A stretch of DNA of 64,000 nt, from the NCBI RefSeq assembly GCF_964213995.1, contig NC_135806.1:82026001-82090000 (forward strand), written 5' to 3'. This stretch comes from Mustelus asterias. Taxonomy: Eukaryota. The notes under the pieces were generated by a model. That model was given only the letters and a program-made list of their open reading frames with translations. It ran no database searches and was not told the origin of the DNA. Positions 24,807-36,269 of this stretch are shown here, piece by piece; within the stretch, counting starts at the first letter, position 1; the number at the start of each line of letters is the position of its first letter. The translations under genes and the position numbers were made by a program.

Positions 24807-25049
24807 TGTGGTAAACCACTGTTAAGCTTATTGCCTGTGTGTGTGTGTGTGACATGCCTGAGCATACCCCTGCCGGCCCTGCCTGAGACTCCTCCCCCCC
24901 TGGTCCAGGTATAAAGGTGACTGCTCCCAACCCCCCTGCCTCAGTCTCTGGACCAGTTCAGCAGCATGGGTATGCCCCAAGTCTTTTGCGAATAAAAGCC
25001 TATTTGTTCTTGCATGCAAACTGGTCTTTGCTTGATTGATAGTGCATCA
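24807..25049 (+). repeat. 5' LTR (243 bp)
   Basis: Direct repeat of 28891-29130; TATAAA near 24910, AATAAA 24991-24996; about 10 substitutions and 2 indels versus the 3' LTR (manual count). Confidence 0.97.
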
Positions 25050-25072
25050 ATTTTATTCGCAAAAGTTTTGGG

Positions 25073-28000
25073 ATGGAGCAGATACTAAAACCCGGTAGAC
25101 TAGAATTGGATCCTCAAGCTGTAGGAACCTCTAACAGCTTCGATCACTGGCTGCGCTGTTTCAAACCTTTCCTCGCCGCTTCCGCCTCCGTTGTCCGGAC
25201 CGAAACCGACAAGCTACACGTGCTCCACGCCCGGGTAAGCGATCAAGTATTCTCGATGATTAGAGACGCTGAAACTTACAAGGACGCGATCAAACTTTTA
25301 AAAGGCCAGTACAACAAATGGACTAATGTAATCTACGCCAGACATCTCCTGGCTACTCGCAGACAACAGCCAGGAGAATCGGGCGACCAATTCCTGCGTG
25401 CGTTGCAAGCACTTGACAGGGCCTGCAACTGCAAGGCTGTAACAGCCGCCCAAAACACTGAGGACTTAATCAGAGATGCCTATGTCACGGGTATCAGGTC
25501 AAGCTATATCCAACAACAACTGCTGGAACAGGGTGGGCTGGATCTACAAAAGACTGTAGCGCTTGCCGACTCGTTAGAGGCGGCCTTCCGTAATCTCGAG
25601 GCCTACACCCCCGAACACAGGGGCGCATTGTGGACGCCGCAGTCGCCGCCACCTCTGTACTCGGGAGGGCCGCAGGCCTACGCCACGCCACGCCACGTCC
25701 CACCAATGACCCGACCGCTGCGGCAGTCTCTGGAGGCCCGAAGTCCTACTTCTGCGGCCTGGGGAAGCACACCCGACAACGCTGCCCAGCGAAGGATGCG
25801 ATCTGCTCTGGGTGTGGAAGGAAGGGCCATTACGCGAAAGTATGCAGGACGAAGTCAACCTCCAAGCCCAGTAGCGCTGCGTGCGACCCGCGGGGGCCGC
25901 CATCTTGGGCGCCAATAGCCACGTGTGTGCCGTGCGGGCCGCCATCTTGGATGCCGTCAGCCGCGTCGCAAAATCCAACGATGGCTTCGGTTACGCTGGA
26001 CCAATCCAGGCCTCACCAACTCGCCAGGTCCATGATGGACATCGAGGTAAACGGTCACACTACAAACTGTTTATTTGACTGTGGGAGTACAGAGAGCTTT
26101 ATTCACCCTAACACAGTGAGTTGCGACGCCCTTTCAGTACTGCCAGTGAAGCAAATGATCTCCATGGCTTCAAAGTCCCACTTGGTGGATGTCCTCGGGT
26201 ACTGCGTGGCGACCCTGACTGTACGGGGCACAGTGTACAACAACTTCAGGCTCATCGTGCTGCCACAACTCTGCGCTGCTGTACTCCTGGGGCTAGATTT
26301 CCTGTGTCACCTTAAGAGTGTCACCATGGAGTATAATGGGCCTTTTCCCCCGCTCTCTGTTTGCAATCACCAGTTCTTAGATCGCCCACCGCGCACCACC
26401 TGCAGCCTCTCGACCCTTAAAGTTGCCCCTCCCTCACTGTTTGAAAATCTCATCCCGACTGCAAGCCCATCGCCACCAAGAGCAGACGGTACTGTGCTGG
26501 AGACAGGGCTTTTATCAGGTCCAAAGTACAACGGGCTCCAAGGGGAGGGGATCATCGAGGCCAGTACCAGCCCCTGGAGAGCCCAAGTAGTAGTTGTTAA
26601 GACTGGGGAGAAACATCGCATGGTCATTGACTACAGTCAGACCATTAACCGCTACACGCAGCTGGACGCGTAGCCTCTTCCCCGCATATCTGACATAGTT
26701 AATCAGATTGCGCAATATCGGGTGTTCTCCACCATCGACTTAAAATCTGCATACCACCAGCACCCTATCCGCCCGGAAGACCGGCAATATACTGCCTTCG
26801 AGGCGGATGGCCACCCCTATCACTTCCTTAGGGTCCCCTTCGGCGTCACCAATGGGGTCTCGGTTTTCCAGCGTGAGATGGACCAAATGGTAGGCCAGAA
26901 CGGGCTGCAGGCCACCTTCCCGTACCTGGATAACGGCACCATCTGCGGCCATGATCAGCAGGACCACGACGCCCGCCAAATTCCTCCACACTGCCACCCT
27001 CCTAAGTCTGACCTATAATAAGGAGAAGTGCGTATTCCGCACACACCGCCTCGCCATCCTTGGTTGTGTTGTGGAAAACGGGGTCATCGGTTCTGATCCC
27101 GACCGCATGCGTCCCCTCCTGGAACTCCCCCTCCCCACCAGCCTCAAAGCACTGAGGAGATGCCTGGGCTTCTTCTCATATTACGCCCAGTGGGTCCCCA
27201 ATTATGCAGATAAAGCCCGTCCGCTCGTCAAATCCACCTCTTTTCCCCTATCGGCAGAGACGCGCCTGGCCTTCGACCGCATCAAAGCAAACATCGCGAA
27301 GGCCACGATGCACGCTGTAGACGAATCCATCCCGTTCCAGGTGGAGAGCGATGCATCTGACTTCGCCCTAGCCGCCACCCTTAACCAGGCGGGCAGACCC
27401 GTGGCCTTCTTCTCACGAACCCTCCAAGGCCCTGAAATTCAACACTCCTCTGTCGAGAAGGAGGCCCAAGCCATAGTGGAAGCTGTACGGCACTGGCACC
27501 ATTACTTAGCCGGTAAACGATTCACCCTACTCACGGACCAACGGTCAGTTGCATTCATGTTTAATAACACGCAGCGGAGCAAGATCAAAAATGATAAAAT
27601 ATTGAAGTGGAGAATCGAGCTTTCCACCTACAATTACGACATCTTATACCGGCCCGGGAAGCTCAATGATCCCCCAGACGCCCTGTCCCGGGGAATATGT
27701 GCCAGTGCACAAATAGACCAATTGCAGACTCTCCACAACAACCTCTGCCACCCGGGGATCACCAGGTTTTTTCACTTCATTAAAGCCCGTAACCTGCCCT
27801 ACTCCATTGAGGAAGTCAGGTCTATAATCAGACACTGCCAGGTCTGCGCAGAGTGCAAGCCGCACTTCTATCGGCCAGACAGAGCACACCTCATAAAGGC
27901 CACCCGCCCTTTCGAACGCCTCGGCATCGACTTCAAAGGCCCCCTCCCCTCCCCTCTTCTGACCGCAACATATACTTCCTCAAGGTTATTGACAAATATT

Positions 28001-28818
28001 CACGTTTCCCCTTCACTATTCCCTACCCGGATATGACCTCGGCCACGGTTGTCAGGGCCCTGCACAGCCTCTTCACCCTGTTCGGTTTCCCTAGCTATAT
28101 CCATAGCGACCGGGGATCCTCCTTTATGAGTGGTGAGCTGCGACAGTACCTGCTGTCCAAAGGCATAGCCTCGAGTAGGACCACCAGCTACAACCCCAGG
28201 GGGAATGGACAGGTAGAGAGGGAGAACGCGACAGTCTGGAAGGCCGTTTTACTAGCTCTGAGGTCTAAAGGTCTTCCAGTCACCCACTGGCAAGAGGTCC
28301 TCCCTGATGCACTACACTCGATTAGATCACTCCTTTGCACAGCTACCAATGCTACCCCTCACGAAAGAATGTTTGTTTTCCCCAGGAAGTCCTCCTCGGG
28401 GACCTCACTACCGTCGTGGCTGACGTCCCCAGGCCCTGTCCTGCTCCGGAAGCACATGAAGACCCATAAGTCGGACCCCCTGGTTGAAAGGGTCCAGCTC
28501 CTCCATACCAACCCCCAATATGCCTATGTGGCATACCCCGACGGGCGGGAGGACACGGTCTCCATTCGAGACCTGGCACCCACAGGTGCCCCAGGGACCA
28601 CGACGACCCACAACCCCACACTGCCAAGCCCTGTATACAGCACGCCTGAGCCCCAGGAGCCTCCATCACGCACCCGACAATCGGAAGGGACTACAGACGA
28701 CTTGAGCGACTACGGCCTGGCGCCTGAACCAACACCGCGGCCACCGAAACCGACACCACAACCGGCACTGCGGCGGTCGCAGCGGCAGATCAAGCCCCCA
28801 GAGAGACTGAATTTGTAA
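25073..28818 (+). pseudogene. gag-pol: gag-pol polyprotein, disrupted by several frameshifts and a stop at 26671-26673
   Basis: Double Zn knuckle YFCG..H..C / CSGCGRKGHYAKVC; protease LFDCGS; RT RMVIDY, DLKSAYHQ, PFG, YLDN; RNase H ESDASD, EKEA; integrase H-H-C-C, IDFKGP, HSDRG, NGQVER. Confidence 0.95.
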
Positions 28819-28890
28819 ATTTGTAATTCTGTAAATATCGTTCCACCCACTTCACCCCCGCCGGACTCTTTTTTAAAAGCAGGGGGTGAA

Positions 28891-29130
28891 TGTGGTAAAC
28901 CACTGTAAGCTTATTGCCTGTGTGTGTGTGTGACATGCCTGGGCATGCCCCTGCCGGCCCTGCCTGAGACTCCTCCTCCCCTGATCCAGGTATAATGGTG
29001 ACTGCTCCCAACCCCCCTGCCTCAGTCTCTGGACCAGTTCATCAGCATGGGTGTGCTCCAAGTCTTTTGTGAATAAAAGCCTATTTGTTCTTGCATGCAA
29101 ACTAGTCTTTGCTTGATTGATAGTGCATCA
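28891..29130 (+). repeat. 3' LTR (240 bp)
   Basis: Direct repeat of the 5' LTR, preceded by PPT aaaagcagggggtgaa. Confidence 0.97.
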
Positions 29131-29328
29131 TAGGCTATTGAGTTTGATGATCAGCCATGATCGTAATGAATGGCGGAGCAGGCTCGAAGGGCCAAATGGC
29201 CTCATCCTGCTCCTATCTTCTATGTTTCTATGTTTCAATAAATTAATGGCACAAATAGTGATAAATTGGTTTGGTCTGGTAGACATTACTGAGACGTAAG
29301 CTAGGAAGTAAATATTCCAAGATACTTG

Positions 29329-29645
29329 AATCATAGAATCTACAGTGCAGAAGGAGGCAATTTGCTGCAAGCCTACACCAACAACAATCCCACACAGGTC
29401 CTATCCCCTTAGCCCCACATATTTACCCTCCTAATCCCCCTGACACTAAGGGGCAATTTATCATGGTCACCCAACCTAACCCACACATCTTTGGACTGTG
29501 GGAGGAAAGCGGAGCACCCGGAGGAAACCCACGCAGCCAGAGGGAGAATGTGCAAACTCCACACAGACAGTCACCTGAGGTCAGAATTGAACCCAGATCC
29601 CTGGTGCTATGAGGCAGCAGTGCTAACCACTGTGCCACCATGCCA
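29329..29645 (-). mobile_element. HE1-like V-SINE, tail type A
   Basis: Family sequence on the minus strand. Confidence 0.9.
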
Positions 29646-29669
29646 CTCCATGATTATTAGAAAAGACAG

Positions 29670-30155
29670 CTCAGGAGTGACAAAGGACCTTAGCCCAGGT
29701 GGGATGAGAGGACTGTTCTTTTGTTGAGATTGAGTAGAATAGGCTTATACTCTCTGCAGTTTAGAAAGTTGAGAGTTGTTCCCATTGAAATGTATAGAAT
29801 GCTGGAAGGGTTTGACAGGGTAGATGCTGTTATTTCCTTCAGTTGAGCAGCCTGGAAATAAAGGGAATAGACTCAGAATAAGGAGTTAGTCATGTGAATT
29901 GAAATGAGGAGGAAATGTCTTCACTCAGGAATATGGCTCTTTGAAATTCTGCACCTGTAGAGGGAGGGCTGTGGACTCTTAATTGTTGAGTATATTCAAA
30001 ACTGAGGTCAATAGATTCTTGGGCATAAAAGATATCAAGGAATATGGGTATCAGGCAGTAAAGTGGAGTCGGTGTAGAGGTTATGGCCTTACGAAGGACA
30101 AAGAAGGCTCATGGGGCCATTTGGCCTAATCTTGCTCTTATTTCTTATGTTCTTA
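29670..30155 (+). mobile_element. Old CR1 3' fragment
   Basis: Degenerate RLSRIGLYSLQFRKLR..GFDRVD and tail ggcctaatcttgctcttatttcttatgttctta. Confidence 0.8.
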
Positions 30156-30487
30156 CGATGTTGTAAAACACAATCTGAGATTCACAGGTTATGAAAACCT
30201 TCATGCGAACAACATTGATCGACGAGTTTTATAGAATTCAATAATATTTAAATGAAGATGCATTGAAAAATTGTTACATGTCAATCATCGTCTGAGTATA
30301 CTGTAATATTCATATCCTTTTAGAGATTGGGCTCTGCCTTTCTCCAACAACAGGAGAAACAAAAGTTGCGAGTATATTATAATTATTTAAATGAACACTT
30401 GGGGATGCTAGCTGTCACTATACTGGGATGTATTTGAAAGCCCCATGACAGACAGTAAAATTGGAATATGATTGCAGTGCTAGCATA

Positions 30488-30785
30488 TGGGTGACACGGT
30501 GGCACAGTGGTTAGCACTGCTGCCTCACAGCGTGAGGGACCCAGGTTCCTGGCTTGGGTCACTGTCTGTGCAGAGTCTGCACGTTCTCCCCACGGCAGTG
30601 TGAGTTTCCTCTGGGTGCTCCAATTTCCTCCCACAGTCCAAAGATGTGCAGATTGGGTGCATTGGCCAAGCTAAATTTTCCCTCAGTGTACCCGAACAGG
30701 TGCCAGAATATGGCAACTCGGGGATTTTCACAGTAACTTCATTGCAATGTTAATGTAAGCCTACTTGTAACACTAATAAATAAAT
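30488..30785 (+). mobile_element. HE1-like V-SINE, tail type B
   Basis: Head and core, then ccctcagtgtacccgaacagg..ttttcacagta..cactaataaataaa. Confidence 0.9.
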
Positions 30786-32597
30786 TAGGTATGATGGAGC
30801 TGTGATATCATTAACACGTTATAAGTAGTTCTTCCAATTGCAGAGCTGGGTAAGGACATAACTGGTTGACCCATGCAGACTTGGTTCAATTCTGGTTCAT
30901 ACTCAGCTAACACCCACGAAGGTCAGTAATGCACTACAACTGATCTCAGACCCCAGTTAGTGAGTGAGAAAATATCACAGGGGTCTCACTCTTGATCAAT
31001 ATCCAGCAACTCCTGAAGTTATAGGTGTTTTGTCACTAGGAACTTTTGGCCCCATTCTGGTGGGACTTGCTGCAGGAGATTCAGCGGCCCTGCCAAAGGT
31101 CCGCTTACTTTCAAACAAGGCTGGAAAATCCCACCCAAGGTCAGGGTGCATTGATGGGCTGAGTTGCCCTTATAATAAAATAATTGGGCAACAATCATAT
31201 TTTGGGTTGATGTGTAAAGAATGAACAGCGGCCTGGAACTAGGAAAGTCAACAGCTTCAGAAAAAGGAGTTGAGGAGGGAAAAGATTGCCTGAAAGAAAC
31301 AAAGGGGAAAGAAAAACTTACTGATTTCATTATGCCACAATTTACTGGTATTTACAATATCCGAAAGAGAATACCTTACAGTGATAGCTTTTGGAGGTTT
31401 ATGATTATAAACCTGGAAGTTACAACCACTGATGCTACAATGTGAATGTTTGAAGTTCACTGCCATTTTTAATATAATGGTAATGAAGGTATTAATCCAT
31501 CTATTTAAATGCTTTCTATCTACACTTTCTATTTCCAACCTTTTTTCTTGCTTCATAATTTTCTTGTTATCCATTTCCTTCACATTCAGGTGTCACACCT
31601 GGATGTTATGTAAGGTATCTCTATTTAATATTATGCTTGAATTTTAATCGCCAGAAGGGTAAGGGGCTCCCCGGAAAGGTAAGGGGCTTTAGTTCAGTCG
31701 GCAACATGGTCGGTGCAAGCTTGGAGGGCCAATGGGTGTGTTCCTGTGCTGTAATTTTCTTTGTTCTTTGTTCTTGTCCTCCCAGTGCTAGGTAGCATTG
31801 CTGCTCTTATGAAGTTCAGCTCCCAAATTTCTTCTTCATGACCGTACTGCAAGTAGGTTTTATATTTACTTTTTAAAATCTTAAATGGATCACTGTCTTG
31901 CCTCCATCAGAAAGGTTTTTCAAATTTCTAAAATTATGTTTTACATGCAGATGACGTTTCCAGATTACTTCCTGCTACTTCCCTCAAGCCTTTCATGCAT
32001 TGTCAAAGGGAGGTCTTATGTCTCAGGTTGCCTATTCTATCATCAAACTTGCTTCCCTGTCAGTGTTGACCATATGCCCATCCCATTTTCCATGCTGCAC
32101 CTCTGGCTACTCACTCAACTGCCCTTCCCATTAATGATAGAGTGTATGGGCTAAAAATAACAGAGCGAGGAATATAAGTAAATTAAACATTCATCTGCCA
32201 TTATCTAAAACAGGAATTCCAAGGCCATTGTCTCCAACCTTCTGTCTGCATTTACTTTACTAATGTCTCTGGCTGTATTTTCCAATCTGTACATTAATCA
32301 TATAGGTCAATTAAGGGAGTATCTACAGGTAATGCAACAACAATGTCAGAGATTAATGCTAATCCAGTTAAACCTCAGTATATACAAGAATTAAGATGAA
32401 CTGCTGATAGCTGTCGGATACTTCTAACAGAAAAGGATGATATTTTCAAAATAATATTAAAGACTGAAGCTAAAAAGCAGGAACGCAAGTTGATTTGTTG
32501 CCAGTAAAGATGAATTGATCCTGTTTTTACATGACATTTCAATTTGATAATATTCTCATCTCTAACATTATTCTTTCAGAAAGTACATCAAATGATT

Positions 32598-32926
32598 TGG
32601 GCGGCATGGTGGCACAGTGGTTAGCACTGCTGCCTCACAGCGCCAGGGACCTGGGTTCGATTCCCAGCTTGGGTCACTGTCTGTGTGGAGTTTGCACATT
32701 CTCTCCGTGTCTGCATGCATTTCCTCCGGGTGCTCCAGTCTCCCCCCTCAGTCCAAAGATGTGCTGGTTAGGTGGATTGGCCATGCTAAATTGCCCCTTA
32801 GTGTCAGGGGGACTAGCTAGGGTAAATGCATGGGGTTATGGGAATAGGACCTGGGTGGGATTGTGGTTGGTGCAAACTCGCTGGGCCAAATGGCCTCCTT
32901 CTGCACTGTAGGATTCTATAATTCTA
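32598..32926 (+). mobile_element. HE1-like V-SINE, tail type A
   Basis: Full-length family sequence. Confidence 0.92.
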
Positions 32927-33166
32927 ATTTAGGGACTGATATTTGAAACTTTCTTTTTACAAGCACTGAAATTTGGATCTTTTCTATTAATACTTTTTTT
33001 TAAATTTCACTCTTTTTCATTCCCCTTTCCATCCTCTCTTGAAGGAAATGGCTGTAAGGATATGATTCCTTGGGCCCAGCAACTCTTTCATCTTTCCCAT
33101 TTCTTGGATATTAGCTAAAGATTGAGGAGGTGAAATTCAATCTCAGAGAGGCACAAAATGGACAGC

Positions 33167-33248
33167 AGCTGATAGGGCCATGTGTTATGTGAGCATTAGC
33201 TGATAGGGCCATGTGTTATGTGAGCATTAGCTGATAGGGCCATGTGTT
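33167..33248 (+). repeat. Perfect 31-bp tandem repeat, 2.6 copies
   Basis: agctgatagggccatgtgttatgtgagcatt repeated head to tail. Confidence 0.95.
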
Positions 33249-33596
33249 TCTGGACAGGAGTTGACTGGGTTCCCTGTGAATTTTCCAATTTTCCTTTCCA
33301 GTGAACTGATCCTATCTGATTGGTGGTGAACATTGTGAGTGAGCCTAATCGAGATGACACCAAGGGTAGGATTTTGAGGGGGGGCAAGTTTGAGTGTAGG
33401 CAAGGTTGTGATGCTGAAAAGTGGCATCAGCTTAGGAACCTGACCTGATCCTTCTGTTTCTGGGTTTACTCTGGACAGGTGAGCAGGAAACAGCCATGGA
33501 GTTACTGGGTAATTTCTATATGTCAATCCGTCATTAACTCAGGATTTAAGCCGACCTTCTGGCTTTAACTGCCAGTTTTAAAGGCTTTCCCAATCG

Positions 33597-34170
33597 AATC
33601 ATGGAGATATACAGCACAGAAAAAGACCCTTCCGCCCATCCTGTCTTCACCAGTCAAAGACAAGCCACTTAACTATTCTAATCCCATTTTCCAGCACTTG
33701 GGTCAAAGCCTTGTATGCCTTGGTATCGCAGGTGCACACCTAAATATTTCTTAAATGTTGTAAGGGTCTCTGCCTCCACACCCTTTCAGGGTGAACTTTC
33801 AATGAGTTCCAGATTCCCAACACCTTCTGGATGAAAAAGATTTTCCTCGCATCCCTTCTAAACCTTCTACCCCTTACCTTAAGTCTAAGCCCCCTTGTCA
33901 TTGTTCCCTCCACGAGGGGAAAAGTTTCTTCCTGTCTACTCTATCTATGCCCCTCATAATTTTATACATCACAATCATGTCCCCCCTCATTCTCCCCTCC
34001 TCCAAGGAAAACAACCCCAGTCTATCCAATCTCTCTTCATAACTAAAACTCTCCAGCCCATGCAGCATCCTGGTAAATCTCCTCTGCATCCTTTCTAGTG
34101 CTATCATATCCCTCCTATAATGTAGATTCCAGAACTGCACATAATACTCTAGCTGGGGCCGAACCAATGT
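33597..34170 (-). mobile_element. CR1 3' fragment
   Basis: VRPQLEYYVQFW..LERMQRRFTRML..RMRGDMIVMYKIM. Confidence 0.9.
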
Positions 34171-34449
34171 CTGTGGAATTTGTCAGAGTCAGTTAGATGA
34201 GAACACAGTGGAGTGTGTTTTTTCAGTGAAGCTGGCAGGCTGGGGAACCTTCAAACAATGGAACTGAATTGCTGTAGCCCTGTCTAGGTGGGAGCTTACT
34301 GTTCCAGCCACTTCCTAACTCATGACAGGTGATTTCCGACTTCCTGGAAGTCAGTTCATCTGTCTTGGGCTTCACTCACCTTGAATCTGTGCTTCCTTGC
34401 TGCCAATCTTTACTGTGGGTTGGAAGCAGCTTATGTAGCTCCATCTTAT

Positions 34450-34720
34450 ACCTCTGATAAAGAGCAAGAATGCCAACAGCACCAGGTGCAGCAAGAAGAA
34501 CACCAGCAACAGAAACCACCTTCTCCTCAGCCACATGTCCCTTCACAGAACACAGTGATAAACACAGATCCAGCTGGAAGGCAATGAGATCCCCAAACCA
34601 GTCTACAAGGAAGAGGATCAGCTTTCTTGACATGCATGAATGCCACTGCCTGGGGACACTAAGATTGTCATGGTAGATTGTTGCTGACATCAACAGCCTT
34701 CCTTCCCACAGGCTAAGTGA
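34450..34720 (+). pseudogene. Harbinger transposase N-terminal relic
   Basis: Q-rich stretch, then RKRISFLDMHECHCLGTLRLSW*IVADI, resembling HARBI1-type transposase N-termini. Confidence 0.5.
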
Positions 34721-34861
34721 GTATATGCTGCCAATGCCCATTAAGCTGGGGAGGGAGGGAAAACCATTCCTCCAACTCCCCGCTCTCCACCCTCACTGAT
34801 ACACAATACTCCTGGCCACATCCTGCTCACCCCCCAACTCTACCTGGAGTCCTGCAAGGAG

Positions 34862-35745
34862 AGGGCGACACGGTGGCACAGTGATTAGCACTGCTGCCTC
34901 ACAGCATCAGGGAACCAGGTTTAATTCTGACCCCAGGTCACTGTCTGTGTGGAGTTTGCATATTCTCCCCGTGTCTGCGTGGGTTTCCTCCGGGTGCTCC
35001 AGTGCTTCTAAGATTTGTTTATTGTGAGGGGAATTGATTACAGAAGTAGGGAGGTTATGCTTCAGTGAAACAGGGCATTGGTAAGACCACATATGGAGTA
35101 TTGTGTACAGTATTTAAGGAAAGATGTAAATGAGAGAAGAATTACTTGACTAATACCTGGAATGGGCAGGTTGGCTTATGAGGAAAGGTTGGATAGGCTG
35201 GACTTGTATAAGAGGTGACTTGATTGAAACCTTTAAGATCCTGAGGATTCTTGACAGCGTGGATGTGGAGAGGATGTTTCCTCTTGTAGGAGAATCTAGA
35301 ACTAGGGGTCACTATTTAAAAACAAGAGGTCACTCATTTTAGACAGAGAGGGGAAGTGTTTTTCTCTCAGAGTCATGAGTCTCTGGAACTCTCCTCCTCA
35401 AAATGTTAGGTGCATTGGCAATGCTAAATTGCCCCTTAGTGTCAGGGGGACTAGCATGGGGTTATGGGAATAGGGCCTGGGTGGGATTGTGGTCGGTGCA
35501 GTCTCGATAGGCCGAATGGCCTCCTTCTGCACTGTAGGGATTCTATGAAAAGGCAATGGAAGGAGAGTTTTTTGATATTTTGCAGCAGAGTTAGATTCTT
35601 GATTAACGAGAGGGTGAAAGAGTATCGGGGGCAGGCAGGAACGTGTGGCTAAGAATACAATCAGATCAGCCATGATCTTATTGAATGGCAGAGCAGGCTG
35701 GAGGGGCTGAGTGGCCTACTCCTGCTCCTAATTCATATGTTTGCA
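34862..35745 (+). mobile_element. Composite: SINE 5' half (34862-35001), old CR1 3' fragment (35003-35745) with a SINE 3' half inserted (35403-35548)
   Basis: CR1 reading WNSPPQ|KAME continues across the SINE piece. Confidence 0.8.
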
Positions 35746-36269
35746 CATATACTAAGTTCCTCATCCTTGGAACCATGCTTGTAAATCCTTGTCTAGTTTC
35801 TCTAATGCCTCCACATCTTTCCTAGAATGTGACATCCAGAATCATTCGCAAGCCTGATCCTTGTCTTATCTAAAATTTTATTTTCTTGAAGTCTGGTTAC
35901 GGCTGCCTCTTTTCAAAAGATTCCTTGGTCTAAATGCATTAATTTGCTTCAATTGGCAATTCCTGCAATTCCTGTCACAGTTATCAGGGTACGATTGAAG
36001 GTTTGATAATGGGCCGAATCTTCTGAGGAATGAAATTATTGTCAGATTGCCTCTCCTCTTCGATGTTTTTATAATAAGATGGAGCTGCTCATTTCTGGCC
36101 CAGACTTCTGAACTGGGCCTCTTCAGAAATGCAGCGTATAACTGTTCTGGGAACCCTCCTTCACCGTGCAAGCTCAGCAGGGAAAGCCAAGCCACACCTG
36201 CTTTTTATAGTACTAACTGCCACTGCCTTCATTCGCTAACACTGGGAAAAGCTTTGCAATGTTTTAGTG

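Larger units (their letters stand above)
24807..29130 (+). mobile_element. Structurally full-length Ty3/Gypsy LTR retrotransposon
   Basis: Two TG..CA LTRs, 5-bp TSD taggc (24802-24806, 29131-29135), PPT 28875-28890, gag-PR-RT-RH-IN order. Confidence 0.97.
24415..29236 (+). mobile_element. CR1 3' fragment split by the Gypsy insertion (24415-24806 and 29131-29236)
   Basis: YEERLTRLGL..FFTQRVVSLWNSLP..GIKGYGEKAGLG, with the tail resuming after the 3' LTR. Confidence 0.9.

Noticed and set aside
25494-28669. Antisense and alternative-frame ORFs in the Gypsy interior
   Set aside because: Expected in GC-rich coding DNA; no recognisable domains and no env-like ORF
33167-33248. CRISPR-like repeat of 31 bp
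   Set aside because: Units are head to tail with no spacers, no cas genes, eukaryotic context
34862-35548. One SINE apparently split by a CR1 insertion
   Set aside because: The CR1 continues on both sides of the SINE 3' half, so that half was inserted into the CR1; two separate truncated SINEs is the simpler reading
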